Assembly (NCBI GenBank): GCA_963924565.1
Contig: OZ004611.1
Location: forward strand, 19,716,001 to 19,780,000
DNA: 64,000 nt
Direction of reading: 5' to 3'
Origin: Ascidiella aspersa
Taxonomy: Eukaryota
Position numbers and translations under genes: made by a program. Every line of letters begins with the position of its first letter. Within the stretch, counting starts at the first letter, position 1. Below are positions 50,194 through 61,830 of this stretch, piece by piece. The notes beneath the pieces were generated by a model that saw nothing but the letters and a program-made list of their open reading frames with translations, was not told the origin of the DNA and did not search any database.

Positions 50194-52569
50194 ATGACCA
50201 TTATTAGGATTAATAATTTGGCGAGACAAATTACAAAGTACAAACAATGGAAATCACACATTGGGGCCATAAGAAGACAGTCAACAGTGCAAACAAGTCT
50301 GGTATCAAGTGCAAAGGCTCAGGGTTTGCAATCTTCAGAGATCTCACGGAAGTCTAAAATTTTAACAAGAGATGACCTGAACGATGTAGAAAGAGTTGTG
50401 GTGAAGCTGGGCAGTGCTGTGCTAACACGAAGCGACCAAGGAGGAATCGCTCTTGGAAGACTCGCTTCAATTGTAGAGCAGGTGGCCGAACTGCATGCTC
50501 AAGGAAAAGAAGTTATGATTGTTACTAGCGGCGCTGTTGCCTTTGGTAAGCAACGCCTTGGACGGGAGCTTATGATGAGTCAAAGTGTGAGAGACACCAT
50601 TCGCAGTCGAAATCCCATCAGTTCCAACACAAGAAGCAACAAAATGAACCAGCAAGTGGACTCCAGGTCTTGTGCTGCTGCTGGCCAGAGTGGCCTTATG
50701 TCTTTGTATGAGTCTATGTTTTCTCAGTACGGCATTACAACAGCTCAGGTTCTTGTATCAAAAAGAGATCTTGACAGAGAGCACCGCTCATACTTGCAAT
50801 CCACACTTGATAATCTACTTGCAATGTCAATTGTGCCGATCATCAACACAAATGATGCTGTTGTGCCTTTGCCTGATCCTGAAGTGGATGTTGATGGTGC
50901 TATTTCAATTAAAGACAATGACAGTCTTGCAGCTAGGTTGGCAGTACAAACCAGTACTGACTTATTAGTGCTTATGTCGGATGTAGATGGACTTTTCACT
51001 GCACCCCCAGGAACTGAAAACTCAAAGCTTATCAGCACCTTTTCTTTAACTGACAATACTGATTCTATAGAGTTCGGGAAAAAGTCTTCTGTTGGTACCG
51101 GAGGAATGGACTCCAAGCTACAAGCAGCTGTATGGTCACTTCAGCATGGCACATCTGTTGTTATTTGCAATGGCTTTAGCAGAGGCTTGGCCATATTGGA
51201 TATTGTAAGGGGACGCAAAGTTGGAACGTTTTTCACAGAAGCAGATAATGGAAATACGGATACCAGCAGTCAAGCCAGTTCTGCCAAAGAAGGGAGCAGA
51301 AAGTTGCAGCAGCTGGCTGTTGCAGATAGAAAGGAAATTCTATACAAGCTAGCCGACCTGTTGGAAGAAAAAGAGCAAGATATAATGTCTGCAAATCATA
51401 TTGATGTTGCTGCGGCCAAGAAGTTTTGCAATCTCTCACAAGCACTCATGGATAGGCTGGTGCTGTCGCCTGCCCGTCTGAGAGAACTTGCAAAAGGAGT
51501 TCGCCAGGTGGCTGACAAAAGTGCTCAGCTTGTGGGGCGCGTTTTGTCTAAACGCAAGCTTGCCAATGGTATTTTTGCAGAGCAGATTACCGTGCCAATC
51601 GGCGTGCTGTTAATTATATTTGAATCCCGACCAGATTGTTTGCCCCAGATCGCTTCTCTAGCTATTGCAACAGGCAATGGTGTGCTTTTAAAAGGTGGAA
51701 GTGAGAGTAAAAATACCAACAGATGTCTTAATGCTATCGTGGAAGAGGCCCTTGCTTTACATGGCTGTTCAGATGCAGCACAGCTAATCGAAGGCAGAGA
51801 CAAGGTATCGGACCTCATTGAAGATGCCGCTGGGAACATTGACCTCATTATCCCCAGAGGTTCTTCAGACATGGTCCGCGGAATTCAGAATATGGCGGCA
51901 GGTACCTCTGTGCCAGTACTGGGCCATAGCGAGGGCATTTGCCATGTATATGTAGATCGAGACTGTAGCGTAGACATGGCTACCAGAGTGGTGCAGGATG
52001 CCAAGTGTAACTATCCAGCTGCTTGCAATGCCCTGGAGACTCTACTGATCCACAAGGATTTGATACACACGTCCATGTTCAAACAGATCAATGATGTTTT
52101 GCAAGCTGAAGGCGTGAAAATCCACTTGGGCCCAGAATTAGCCTCAAGGCTACTTTTTTCGCCAGCAACTGCTGCCTCCTTAAAAAAAGAATACTCTGCT
52201 CTTGAGTGTACCGTTGAGGTCGTCGACAATGTCGAGGACGCTGTCCAACACATACATGACTACGGTAGCTCACACACTGACACAATAGTCACTAACAATG
52301 AGGAAAACGCTGAATACTTCTTAAATAATGTTGACAGTGCCTGTGTGTTTCATAATGTCAGTACAAGATTTGCCGATGGCCAAAGATTAGGGCTTGGGGC
52401 TGAAGTAGGGGTGAGCACAACCAGGATTCATGCAAGGGGGCCAGTAGGGGCAGAGGGCCTGCTTACTTACAAGTGGATTGTCAGAGGGGACGGACACATT
52501 GTTCGGGACTTTGGGCCGGATGGAACTCTGGAGTTTGAACATTTGGACTTGCCAATTTGCAACAAATAA
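50194..52569 (+). CDS. ALDH18A1: Delta-1-pyrroline-5-carboxylate synthase (glutamate 5-kinase plus gamma-glutamyl phosphate reductase), intronless CDS
   Basis: 791-aa ORF with a presequence-like N-terminus, VVKLGSAV, DNDSLAA, GTGGM, VPIGVLLIIFESRP, catalytic YPAACNALETLL and GLGAEVGVSTTRIHARGPVG. Confidence 0.98.
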   Translation: MTIIRINNLARQITKYKQWKSHIGAIRRQSTVQTSLVSSAKAQGLQSSEISRKSKILTRDDLNDVERVVVKLGSAVLTRSDQGGIALGRLASIVEQVAELHAQGKEVMIVTSGAVAFGKQRLGRELMMSQSVRDTIRSRNPISSNTRSNKMNQQVDSRSCAAAGQSGLMSLYESMFSQYGITTAQVLVSKRDLDREHRSYLQSTLDNLLAMSIVPIINTNDAVVPLPDPEVDVDGAISIKDNDSLAARLAVQTSTDLLVLMSDVDGLFTAPPGTENSKLISTFSLTDNTDSIEFGKKSSVGTGGMDSKLQAAVWSLQHGTSVVICNGFSRGLAILDIVRGRKVGTFFTEADNGNTDTSSQASSAKEGSRKLQQLAVADRKEILYKLADLLEEKEQDIMSANHIDVAAAKKFCNLSQALMDRLVLSPARLRELAKGVRQVADKSAQLVGRVLSKRKLANGIFAEQITVPIGVLLIIFESRPDCLPQIASLAIATGNGVLLKGGSESKNTNRCLNAIVEEALALHGCSDAAQLIEGRDKVSDLIEDAAGNIDLIIPRGSSDMVRGIQNMAAGTSVPVLGHSEGICHVYVDRDCSVDMATRVVQDAKCNYPAACNALETLLIHKDLIHTSMFKQINDVLQAEGVKIHLGPELASRLLFSPATAASLKKEYSALECTVEVVDNVEDAVQHIHDYGSSHTDTIVTNNEENAEYFLNNVDSACVFHNVSTRFADGQRLGLGAEVGVSTTRIHARGPVGAEGLLTYKWIVRGDGHIVRDFGPDGTLEFEHLDLPICNK

Positions 52570-55339
52570 AAATGTGTATAGTTTTAGGTTTTACCGTTGT
52601 GTTATTTCATAACTGCACAAATATACTTTGCTATTTATATTACTGGCGGCTTTTTAAATGTGTATGTTTTCATAGATTGGTGCCAAACAACTGTGTTGTA
52701 CTTTTACTGCTTTTTTAAACTAAGGTTGTTTTTAATGAAGCCTAACTAAAAACTTTTTGTATTTTATTTTTTGGGTACTTTTATCTTATGTTTTGTGCTG
52801 TGCAGTACCTATCCTGGTTTTAAATCCATAAATCTCTATTTTACAAACTAAATATCTTAGTTTTTAATTTATGGTATTATCTTGTTTAAAAGTAAGTGTT
52901 TAATGTGTGACAGGAATTGGTACTTTTCTACAGTTCCATTTTAAAATAAAGGCATTTTTCCCTATCCCAACATAAAAAAAACTTGCTAATGTTACTTAAC
53001 CTTATTCCAAAATACTACTGCCATTATTTCTAGTAATGCTTTGCTGGTGGTCACCAAGTAAATCACAATTATTTTTCATACATTCATACTATGAATATGT
53101 AAATCATTTAGCAGGTTTACCTACACAACCCTTTTTACAATACCTATTCTATTTTGTCATGTCTTATTTCCACCCCTTTGGTGCCATTTGTGCCTGATTT
53201 ATTTCTCAATTTTTGTGAAAACAATGATATATTGCATATAAACCTATTTATGTTCATTATGTTTTGTTATTGTTGTTTCATGATTGCATATAATTGGTGC
53301 CTTTTATTGGGTAGTTAGTTAATTTGATTTTATTCTCTTTGCATAGCTAAATATTTCTATTGTTATAATTTACTATTTGGTGTCTCTTGTGGTATGATAC
53401 AATTGTGTATTTTTGGTTATGCTCGTAACTTAGGAGGTAAGCTCATGACATGCGTTTAACACTTTTGCAATATATTATATTGTTATTTTTAATTCTTGTA
53501 AGCTGTGCTGTACTGCTTTTGTGTTTTATTAAATTGTCAATCAGTCAATAAAATCATAATAAATCGAAAAAAGCATAGCCGACAAAAAAGCCATTGAAGC
53601 CAGGGTTGTTTAAAACGATTATTACTATATAACTTACAAATCAGAAAAAGCAATCATTTTTTCAATTAAGCGGCAAGTTTGAAAGTCATGTAAAAATAAC
53701 ACTATGAAACGTCTAATCCTTTCAGGAAAAGGATTGTTCGCATTAACTTCCCGTGTTATCATCTCTATTCTATCTATGTTCGCTGTTATATCGCAATAAC
53801 TAATTTTAGTCAATATAATGTGCTATGTCAGCTTGTGTGTAACCTAAGGCCCGCAGAACAGAAACATGTCGCTCGCGGCAAGCTTTAATTTTAGGCACGC
53901 GACACTACTCCTAGTTTTATGGCAAATTTAAATGAAAAAAAAGGCATGTACGGCAAAATCAAACCATTATGCGGTATTTACGACATAGGTAACAAACACA
54001 CAAATAATATTGAAATTGCACAAATAATACAGAAATACAAGAAATACAATTCATTGTCAAAATTAATTTGCCGGATTTTGACCTTGAATATTTGGTTGAT
54101 CCCATCTATTTTCAACAAGAAAAATTATTCGACATTTTAGTGTCCTCGGAGCACAATTCATTTTATTTTTTAAGTTGGAAATACTCTTCAAACATTTTAG
54201 GTAGCCTATTTATCTTCGAATCTACCGGGAATAAGGCCACTAATTCGGTTTTATGATTTTTTTCGCTCGCTTTATTATTTCTTCTGTGTATGACCTTGCA
54301 AATTGAAATGTCTGATCTTCATAAGATATCTGGCCCATCAGTATATAATAATAGGTTGTAACCCCGGCTAAAGGATTGCAGGGATAAACTAAAGTAGTTT
54401 CGAAAGAAGTCGTGTTTTCATTTACGGTATACTGTAATTGTTAAAGGAATACTAGGAAGCTGAAATAGAACGGTTGGTATTATTTTTTTTTATTGCAGTT
54501 ACGTTGTTAAACGAGTAATATTACACTTATGTATTACATATTTTTTGAATCCGCTTCGTACCAAAAAACCCACATAAAACTAGAGTTGCTGCTTCAAAAC
54601 GCAATACACTTACAAATTACAAATCGAGTTTCGCTCCAAAGCCAGGCTACTGTTTTTTGGTGACCCTCTGCTTATTGAACAATTTCGAACCAATTGCCAA
54701 TTAAAATCTCTCTTTAAAATGTCAATTTCCGAATCGCACCACTTAAAAGTTTTCGTGACCTTCTCTATGTGGTCTTTCGCGCGTCAAAAAGCCATCCCAG
54801 TATGGCCTTTTTCCGCCCTGTGCGCGGGTCGCGTCTTGGCAAGTTCGCAAGTACGTGTGCCTGTCGCTGATACCCTATCAAACGACTGGGGCTCGAGTTG
54901 GCAGAGAGGTCAGGCCGTCTTAGACCACTGCAGGCGCCCGTTGCCAAATCCGCTGAGACAATTAAACTCTATTGGCTTGCGGGACGATTAAAGCGCCTTC
55001 GCCATCCGCAACCAGTCAGAAAGAGTCCCGGAATAACCCGCAGGGAGTCTGATTCACCTTCGTTGTGCTTTATTTGGGATGGAAGGGGCGATGCCTAATT
55101 TGGCAAACGGACCCAAGAAAATGACAAATATTAAATAAATGTTAAAATGTACGTTTACAAATTTAAACGATTTCTTAAACTTAAAAATGTATATCAGAGT
55201 AAAATAGCCAGCCTAGCTTGCTTTACATGGGTATATTACAAGGATTTTTGTTTAGGCTGGGCATAAAAATCAGGTATGACGTCACAAGATTCGTCATATC
55301 GTGAAGTCCTAATTTCAGTAATCTTGAAAGTTGGTGTGC

Positions 55340-56355
55340 AAACATGTAACTTAGGTTAAGAGAAATTGCGTTTATTTGATATAAAATGGCAAACTTTTTA
55401 TCTTAGAAGGGGATTTGATGCATTATGCACATAGGAAATGAGCAAACTGCTCTTTTTATATGAAAGCTATTGACTCATCAGCTGAACGGCACCTAATGAA
55501 ATCACCTAAAAAGGTCGCACGAAATTGAAAAAGCATACATTGCGCGTATCATGTCTTAAAAGTTTGATTGGTGTTAATCACGATACAATGGCCTTATTGT
55601 AAAGACGTTATAGATTTTCTTAAACGTCAAAAAATGTATTTATTGGATAACTTGGCAAAAATCGCTGTAAATCCACACGGCGCTGGGCTTTGGATACATA
55701 AACAAGATAAATAAAAAAGAAAGGCAAAACAAGATATGTTTTAATATGTAAAATATATTTTCGGTCCATGTAATTAAACGACGCCTTTAGGCTGAAATGA
55801 TTCCCTTATATGGCCAAAACATACTATTAAATTGACAATATTTTGTTTCCCTGTCATGCTCTTCTGTAACGAGGTTAAACTTACGTTTATCGGTAACTCC
55901 CAATGAAACAACAGCAAGTTCGTTTTGTGAAACAACGAAAGAACATAAAAACGCATATAACAAAAGAAACACATGAAACGCATTATTAGTAACTCTGAAA
56001 AGGAAGTTAACTGTGAAATTTGTGCCAGACTATATTGCCTTTGATTTTCGAAATGAATCTAAAGCATTCGTGCGAATTTTGGTCAAGGATTTGCCCGCAA
56101 TTAAGACCTCTTCGACAGCCTTTTGAGGAACAAGGCACCTGAGAAAATAAGCGGCAACTTCTAAACAATATATATAAAATTTTGCGCAATGTATGTTTCA
56201 ACGAACTTTGTAGGTGATTTCATTAGGTGCCGTTCAGCTGTTAGTTTGCTGATTTTTCTATGTGCGGAATGCATCAAATCTCCTTCTAAGGTGAAAAGTT
56301 TTTTAATTTAAAACAAATAAAACGCAATTGTCTCTTAACTTAGGTTCCATGTTTA
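55340..56355. repeat. Long inverted repeat (arms about 55340-55508 and 56211-56355), foldback/MITE-like
   Basis: Perfect 30-bp inverted core at 55479-55508 and 56211-56240, with imperfect pairing extending outward for more than 100 bp. Confidence 0.85.
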
Positions 56356-59300
56356 TAAAATTTAGACAAGTATTAAAAGTCATGGTGTCATCTATTTGAT
56401 GATTCATATATTAGAAAGTGTTACAACAATGTGCCATTGACATAAGAAGCTGACCTTCTTAAATTTCGTGCTGCAAATAGTTTGCATTCCTCTGCCAGCG
56501 AGTTTCATTCACATCTTATGCTTGTTGCCGCGTAAAAACGTTTTGTCGGTTGCTGTGGTCAAAAAATGTGCTCAACATGATGTAAAAGAAATATCGAAAT
56601 GTTGGCGTTATGCCGGCTGTGATATTAAACACGCAAAGACATAACAATCATAAACACATTTGGCTGTTATAAAAACAAATATTTTACGATACAATCGGCA
56701 TGGAATGTTTACGTTTCGCTGGATTACAATCGGTAAAAGTTTGTTTATGCCCAACTTGTTTCTGTTATGCTGTCAGGCCATTTAGCAATCGCATTTCAGC
56801 CACTTAGCAATCGCATTTCAGCCACTTAGCAGTTTAAGTGGTGCAGTAGACACGTTTGTGGGTTTGGTATGTTACCTTTCCACCAATTTATCAAATAAAA
56901 CCTTAAGGGACACTCATTTTAAAGCAATTTAACTGTCGTATTATGTCAGTGGCACATTGTTATAACACTGTTTAATATATGAATCATCAAATAGGTGACA
57001 TCATACCTTTAAATAACTGTCTAAATTTTATAAAGCTAAGCGTCTTGCGTGGAATGTCGCGGGCAGTAGTAGTGTATAGCTTAGCCGTAGTCAATGACTT
57101 GACTTAAGTGAACTTCTGTCGCTGTTTTCGAATGACTAGACTTGACTTTAGGGGAAAAATGAGTTGACCTTATTCAATTAGACTAATAACTATACTTGGA
57201 CTTGACTTTGTAGATGACTAAGAAATTCTGAAGGAAATTATAAATAAAAACAACAATGTAATTTTCTAAAAAACGTTAATATTTCTACAACGCCTAACTA
57301 AAACGTCCAGTCGTCCAACCATTACGCTCCAAACTTCTTATCTACGTTTATGTGTACGCAGACACCTCGGGAGAAGTTTAGGGCCTGTGCACATTCCCAA
57401 ACGCTCGTTATATCACGGCGCAATTTGGTTATCGTGTCGAAGTAAAACCCCGAGCAAATAGATGGCGGGAACGCATCCGCAACGCGCGTACACCTTTCTG
57501 CGTGCACGTCAGTAGCGTAGGAACCGCGCGCGCAACGCAAGCCGGTCGGCCAACAGGGCGAACAACAGTTATCCTGGCGGCACGCGTCAGTCCGCAAAAG
57601 CGCAGGCATATCGCGCACGGCGTTTTTTTGGGTGGGAGCGGTGGGGGAAAAAAGTTTGAACTTTTTTTGTTTAGCTTCTGCCATTGTATAAACTGCTGTA
57701 TCGAAAACAAATAAATATGCTAGCAAACCGTTTCAAGCAGCAAGTGACTGCCATTTAACGCAATACTCAAAAATCGTTCAGAGAGCAACAATGAAATGAC
57801 TAAAAAGTAGTAAAACTACATTATTGAGTATAGCAAACGTAATAATAACTAAACCGTTTATGACGCAACAGTGCATGACAATTGAAGGTGTGGCATGCCT
57901 GCGATCGACTGTTGTGGTACTGCTCATAAATGCTAAGAAACAAATTATTAAGAGTACAATATTTATAAATTTTAGGGGGGTGGTCTGTGGACCCCTGGCT
58001 ACGCCTATGGCCGCATGCCGTGTTGTTTTCTTCGCGCGCACGTACGTAATGTTCGCGCGATTCCAAACCTGCAAATGACGGCATGACTTGTCCTTCTGCG
58101 CCGCGCCCCAGCCAAGAACGCCCGCGGCCGCGCCTTTGATACGACAGCGATGCTGCGCCGCCGCAAGCAGCTGCATTAGGCAGACCTGTGTGGTGACAGA
58201 GGTGCAAGCGAGCGACTGTATGTGAGTGGGAGGGTGTTTTCCAACGGCGTACGCCTAAAGGGCCGGGAAGGTTTTTCTAACTGTGGCCCCTGCTCCTTTT
58301 TGGGGGCCACAGGGCAGTGTTTTTTTAGGGGGTGAGGTATTAATTTGTTGGTTGAACTAAATTTGTGGTTTTTAATATGACTTTTATTTTCACGTGACGT
58401 GGGGGTTATACTTTGAATGATTGTAAGTTCAACTCAAATTTGTGATTTGTGATATATGTGACGTTTTTTTCAACGCGGAAACTGGGCAAAAGTTCTTGAG
58501 AATCCTTATAAGGGGGACGCGCCCCACGAAAGTTTGAAAACCACTACGTTAGGGGTATTATTCTTAAGTGGTCCTTAAAGTAAGCATTCGCCTCTTTAAA
58601 GTGCGGAACGATGGTGTAAAAGGTAACGTTGCAGTTGAGCTGTTTTCGAATATGCGTTTACTATATTCGAGCACAAGTGCAAGTACCGTGCCAAAACAAA
58701 ACTCAAACGACCTGCAGACGCTAGAAATAGGTTATACAGCCCACTGCAAAAGTTTGAAGCATCCCTATGGCCGAATAGGTTTGTAGCTTTTTCGCACAGC
58801 CAAGATGAATAGCATTGTGCACCCCCATACATACTGACCCAGTTAAGAACTAGCACGCCGTTCTGCCACGCCAAGTTCAGTTTCAAGGGACAAACTGCAC
58901 AGCCGCTTAATTGCCCGGTGACTAAGTGCTTGGCGCCTCGACGGTCACGATTTTGCCGCCACTCTTGAAGGAATATCGCATCTACCCGCGATTCAGTGCC
59001 AAAGGGGCGCCGCACCGCTCCCCTGTGGGAAATGCGCTTTCTAGTTCTCGTTTAAACCGGTTCGAGGCGGCGCGATGTTGACGCCGATCAGACGTTTGAT
59101 CGGCGCGCATTTCACGCGTCACGTCACGTCCTAAGATTAGCGCCACAAGTTGTTTGCCCTCGTGAAAGCAAAGCTGAAACACTGAAGACAGAACTCGCTT
59201 TTATGTGACCCTCATTTAGACGAATGACTATACGCAGAATTCTTGTAGGCTTCAGGAGGCTTTTGGGTTTGACTTTGTTGGCCACTGGGTTTGACTTTAT

Positions 59301-61350
59301 CCGGAGGAAGTTGTAAATAAAAGCAACAATATAATTTTTTAAAGAATGTTGATATTTCTCAAACGTCTAACCAAAACGTCCAACCATCCAAACTCCGCAT
59401 CGAAGCAGAACTCGCTTTTATGCGACCCTGAGAGATTTATTAAGGGATACACGGCGGTAAACATTACCTGATCAGGTTTTCCGAAGGAACCCAAGACTGT
59501 AAGTGTAACGCGATGTTACAACTTACGGGTAAAAACCAGCAACATATGGCAAACCATTACTACCACGCTCATCATCTGCGTCTCGAAGGATTTTTAGCAC
59601 CATGAAGTACGCCTGAAAAACACTTTTTGCCATCGATTTGCGCGCCGGTCGAACTGGGTAGATGCCTACCTCGAAAGCATATGAATCACAAACATCTCGC
59701 CACCGCATGAGGTTTATCCTGCCCTGATGGCCTTGTGCGATTGGGGGACGAACAAGGCCAGGTTTCGACAAATTGGCCCCATCTTCCGACCTTGCCCTTT
59801 CCACGAGGCCGCGAACGAAGTTTATACAAGTCCTATCTTCGCTCGCATCGCAGCGGCTTCGCACTTTTGGTGTCGGTAATTCGCATTTATCGTGTCATCG
59901 AACGCCGCATAGTTCTGTGTCATGGAGTTGGAGCGGCGGCGAATCGGCAGTCGCCAAGCCGCCTGTGGGAAACCGGCATGCGTTAAGTATTTGAAAACTA
60001 TGCAGAATATGCACTCTGTACTGGTCTCTTAGCGCATTGCTGATTTTGTGTGCTGCATTGGAAAAGTGTCTTTATCTTGGTGGCCATTTGGCAAAGTTAA
60101 CGTGATTAAAAGTGTGGTAATAAATCCGTGCACTTTTGGTCATTTTGCTAAACAACGCTAAAGTATTGTTTGTACTTTACTACCGATCTTCCCAATAGCA
60201 ACTAGGTCAGACTTGCTGGAATGTTTCGTCTCTTCTGGTATTATCAACCTCTTATATCTAAATGGTCCTATGTAGTACCAGCTTAACGGCCACAATATTT
60301 GCGTTTTGCACGGGGCAATAAGCTATAAACTCCCGTAGTGGCACTTGTTTGAAATTCGTGTAAGTGGATAAACTTTAGTTGCTTTAAAGTTAGGTTTTTA
60401 ATTTTCTTTCCAATAAAGTTAACTCGCAAACACTTTTTAAATTCCGGAAATGATACGCTAATAAAAATGGATTTTAAAAGGACCTCGGTTTCTACAACCC
60501 TGGTGGGTAACAAACCTCTGAAGTCTCCAACGAATTTATTATTTTTTGTTTAATGTAAGTCAAAAGTGTGCGCAAATGTAAACTATCCGTACAGCTCTGT
60601 CACGTAAAATCGAAATTTTGTTAAAAGACTTTAGCGAGACCCAAATTTGCTGTTGTTGATTTAAAATTATTTTTGCAACACAGCTATAAATAGAAAAAAA
60701 ATCAGACATCGTATAGTTGTCATAGCGTGTAACGCACCGTCTTAAAACTAGAGCAAAAACAAAATTGTTCCGAGGTTGTTTTTTCCTTACCTTCGTGTCT
60801 TCTGGTGAATTTTATTGCCTTCTTGCGGATAAATTTGTGAGGTTCTTGCATTCGTTCTTACGTACATTTGCGCAGAGAAGTGTCGCGCCGTGCTCGTTAG
60901 CGTGTTTTGCAAACCGAGGTAAATTTGTTGCTACTAGATTTACTTTCCATTTGCGCGTTATTGCCTGCTTTGGTCCGGTTCACACCGCGAACCGTAGTCA
61001 AGGCGAGTGGCAGGTTTTACGAGCACCAGCTTTGTTTTCACCATAAACCAGTGGCTTCCAACCTTTTTGTTCTCGCGACCCCCTTTCACGTTTTCAAAAC
61101 CTACGCGCCCCCATTTGGTTGTATAAAACCGAATTGCAATTATCATATACAATTTGGCAAAATGTTCACATTTTTGACAGATTGTTTCCAAGTTTAACAA
61201 AATGTCCGGATTTACGGCTTAAGCATGCGCAGCACAACTAATTTAATTTACGGTTTAAGGTTTATTTTCGTAATAAACAAAAGTGTATTGTGTGCTTATG
61301 TCGTAACAATGAACAGTTGACTGCCGTGAACTCGTGAAGTTACTTTAACT

Positions 61351-61830
61351 CAGTGGTTCTCAAACTGGGGTCCGCGAGACAATTTTCTGGGACCGTGAAA
61401 CACCTAACAAAAAAGCAACACGACGCTCCTGAAGAAGAAAATGGCAACTTACGTTTCCAAACCAAGCTGATTATTATCATTAGTTGTTGATTCACGCTAT
61501 TGCCCCATTTAAATTGTCCATTATGACGTCATGATGTTGCGTTCTCCAAATGAGAATTACGTTTTTACAGTTTGCTGCGCTGACACTGTGCCTGTACTGT
61601 CAGTCGGTCACGGTTTTAAAACTGTTCGTGATTGCTTCACTAAATAAAGTGATTCGTTAGAGGTTAGCGTAGCCGATCATGAAGCAAAGAAGCAAGTTCT
61701 CCTGTTCCATGAATACTATTAAAAACAACGTGTTGTTTTGTGTTTATTGGGTAGATTTATAAGGGACCGTGAGCAATTACAAAAATTGCTGGGGACCGTT
61801 TCGTAATTTTTTAAAAAAGTTTGAGAACTG
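61351..61830. mobile_element. hAT (Charlie-like) MITE
   Basis: cagtggttctcaaact...agtttgagaactg, gggaccgt subterminal repeats. No TSD. Confidence 0.7.

Noticed and set aside
50194-52569. Bacterial horizontal origin of the intronless P5CS
   Set aside because: Fused ProB-ProA architecture, mitochondrial-type presequence, animal-like sequence, host-like composition and a probable 5'-UTR intron.
56780-56831. Short tandem or near-tandem duplications (also near 17924-17983, 35520-35560, 41167-41192, 48132-48180)
   Set aside because: Two to three units only, consistent with ordinary slippage or local duplication.
59918-59930. 13-nt match to the 5' end of miR-281 (tgtcatggagttg), recalled from memory
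   Set aside because: The sequence diverges afterwards and I see no precursor hairpin. Compatible with chance.
28043-59962. Genome-wide reassignment of TGA/TAG suggested by three exons with single in-frame stops
   Set aside because: The well-supported genes contain no internal stops, and CYP4 ends on TAG at the expected position. Independent decay or locus-specific recoding is simpler.
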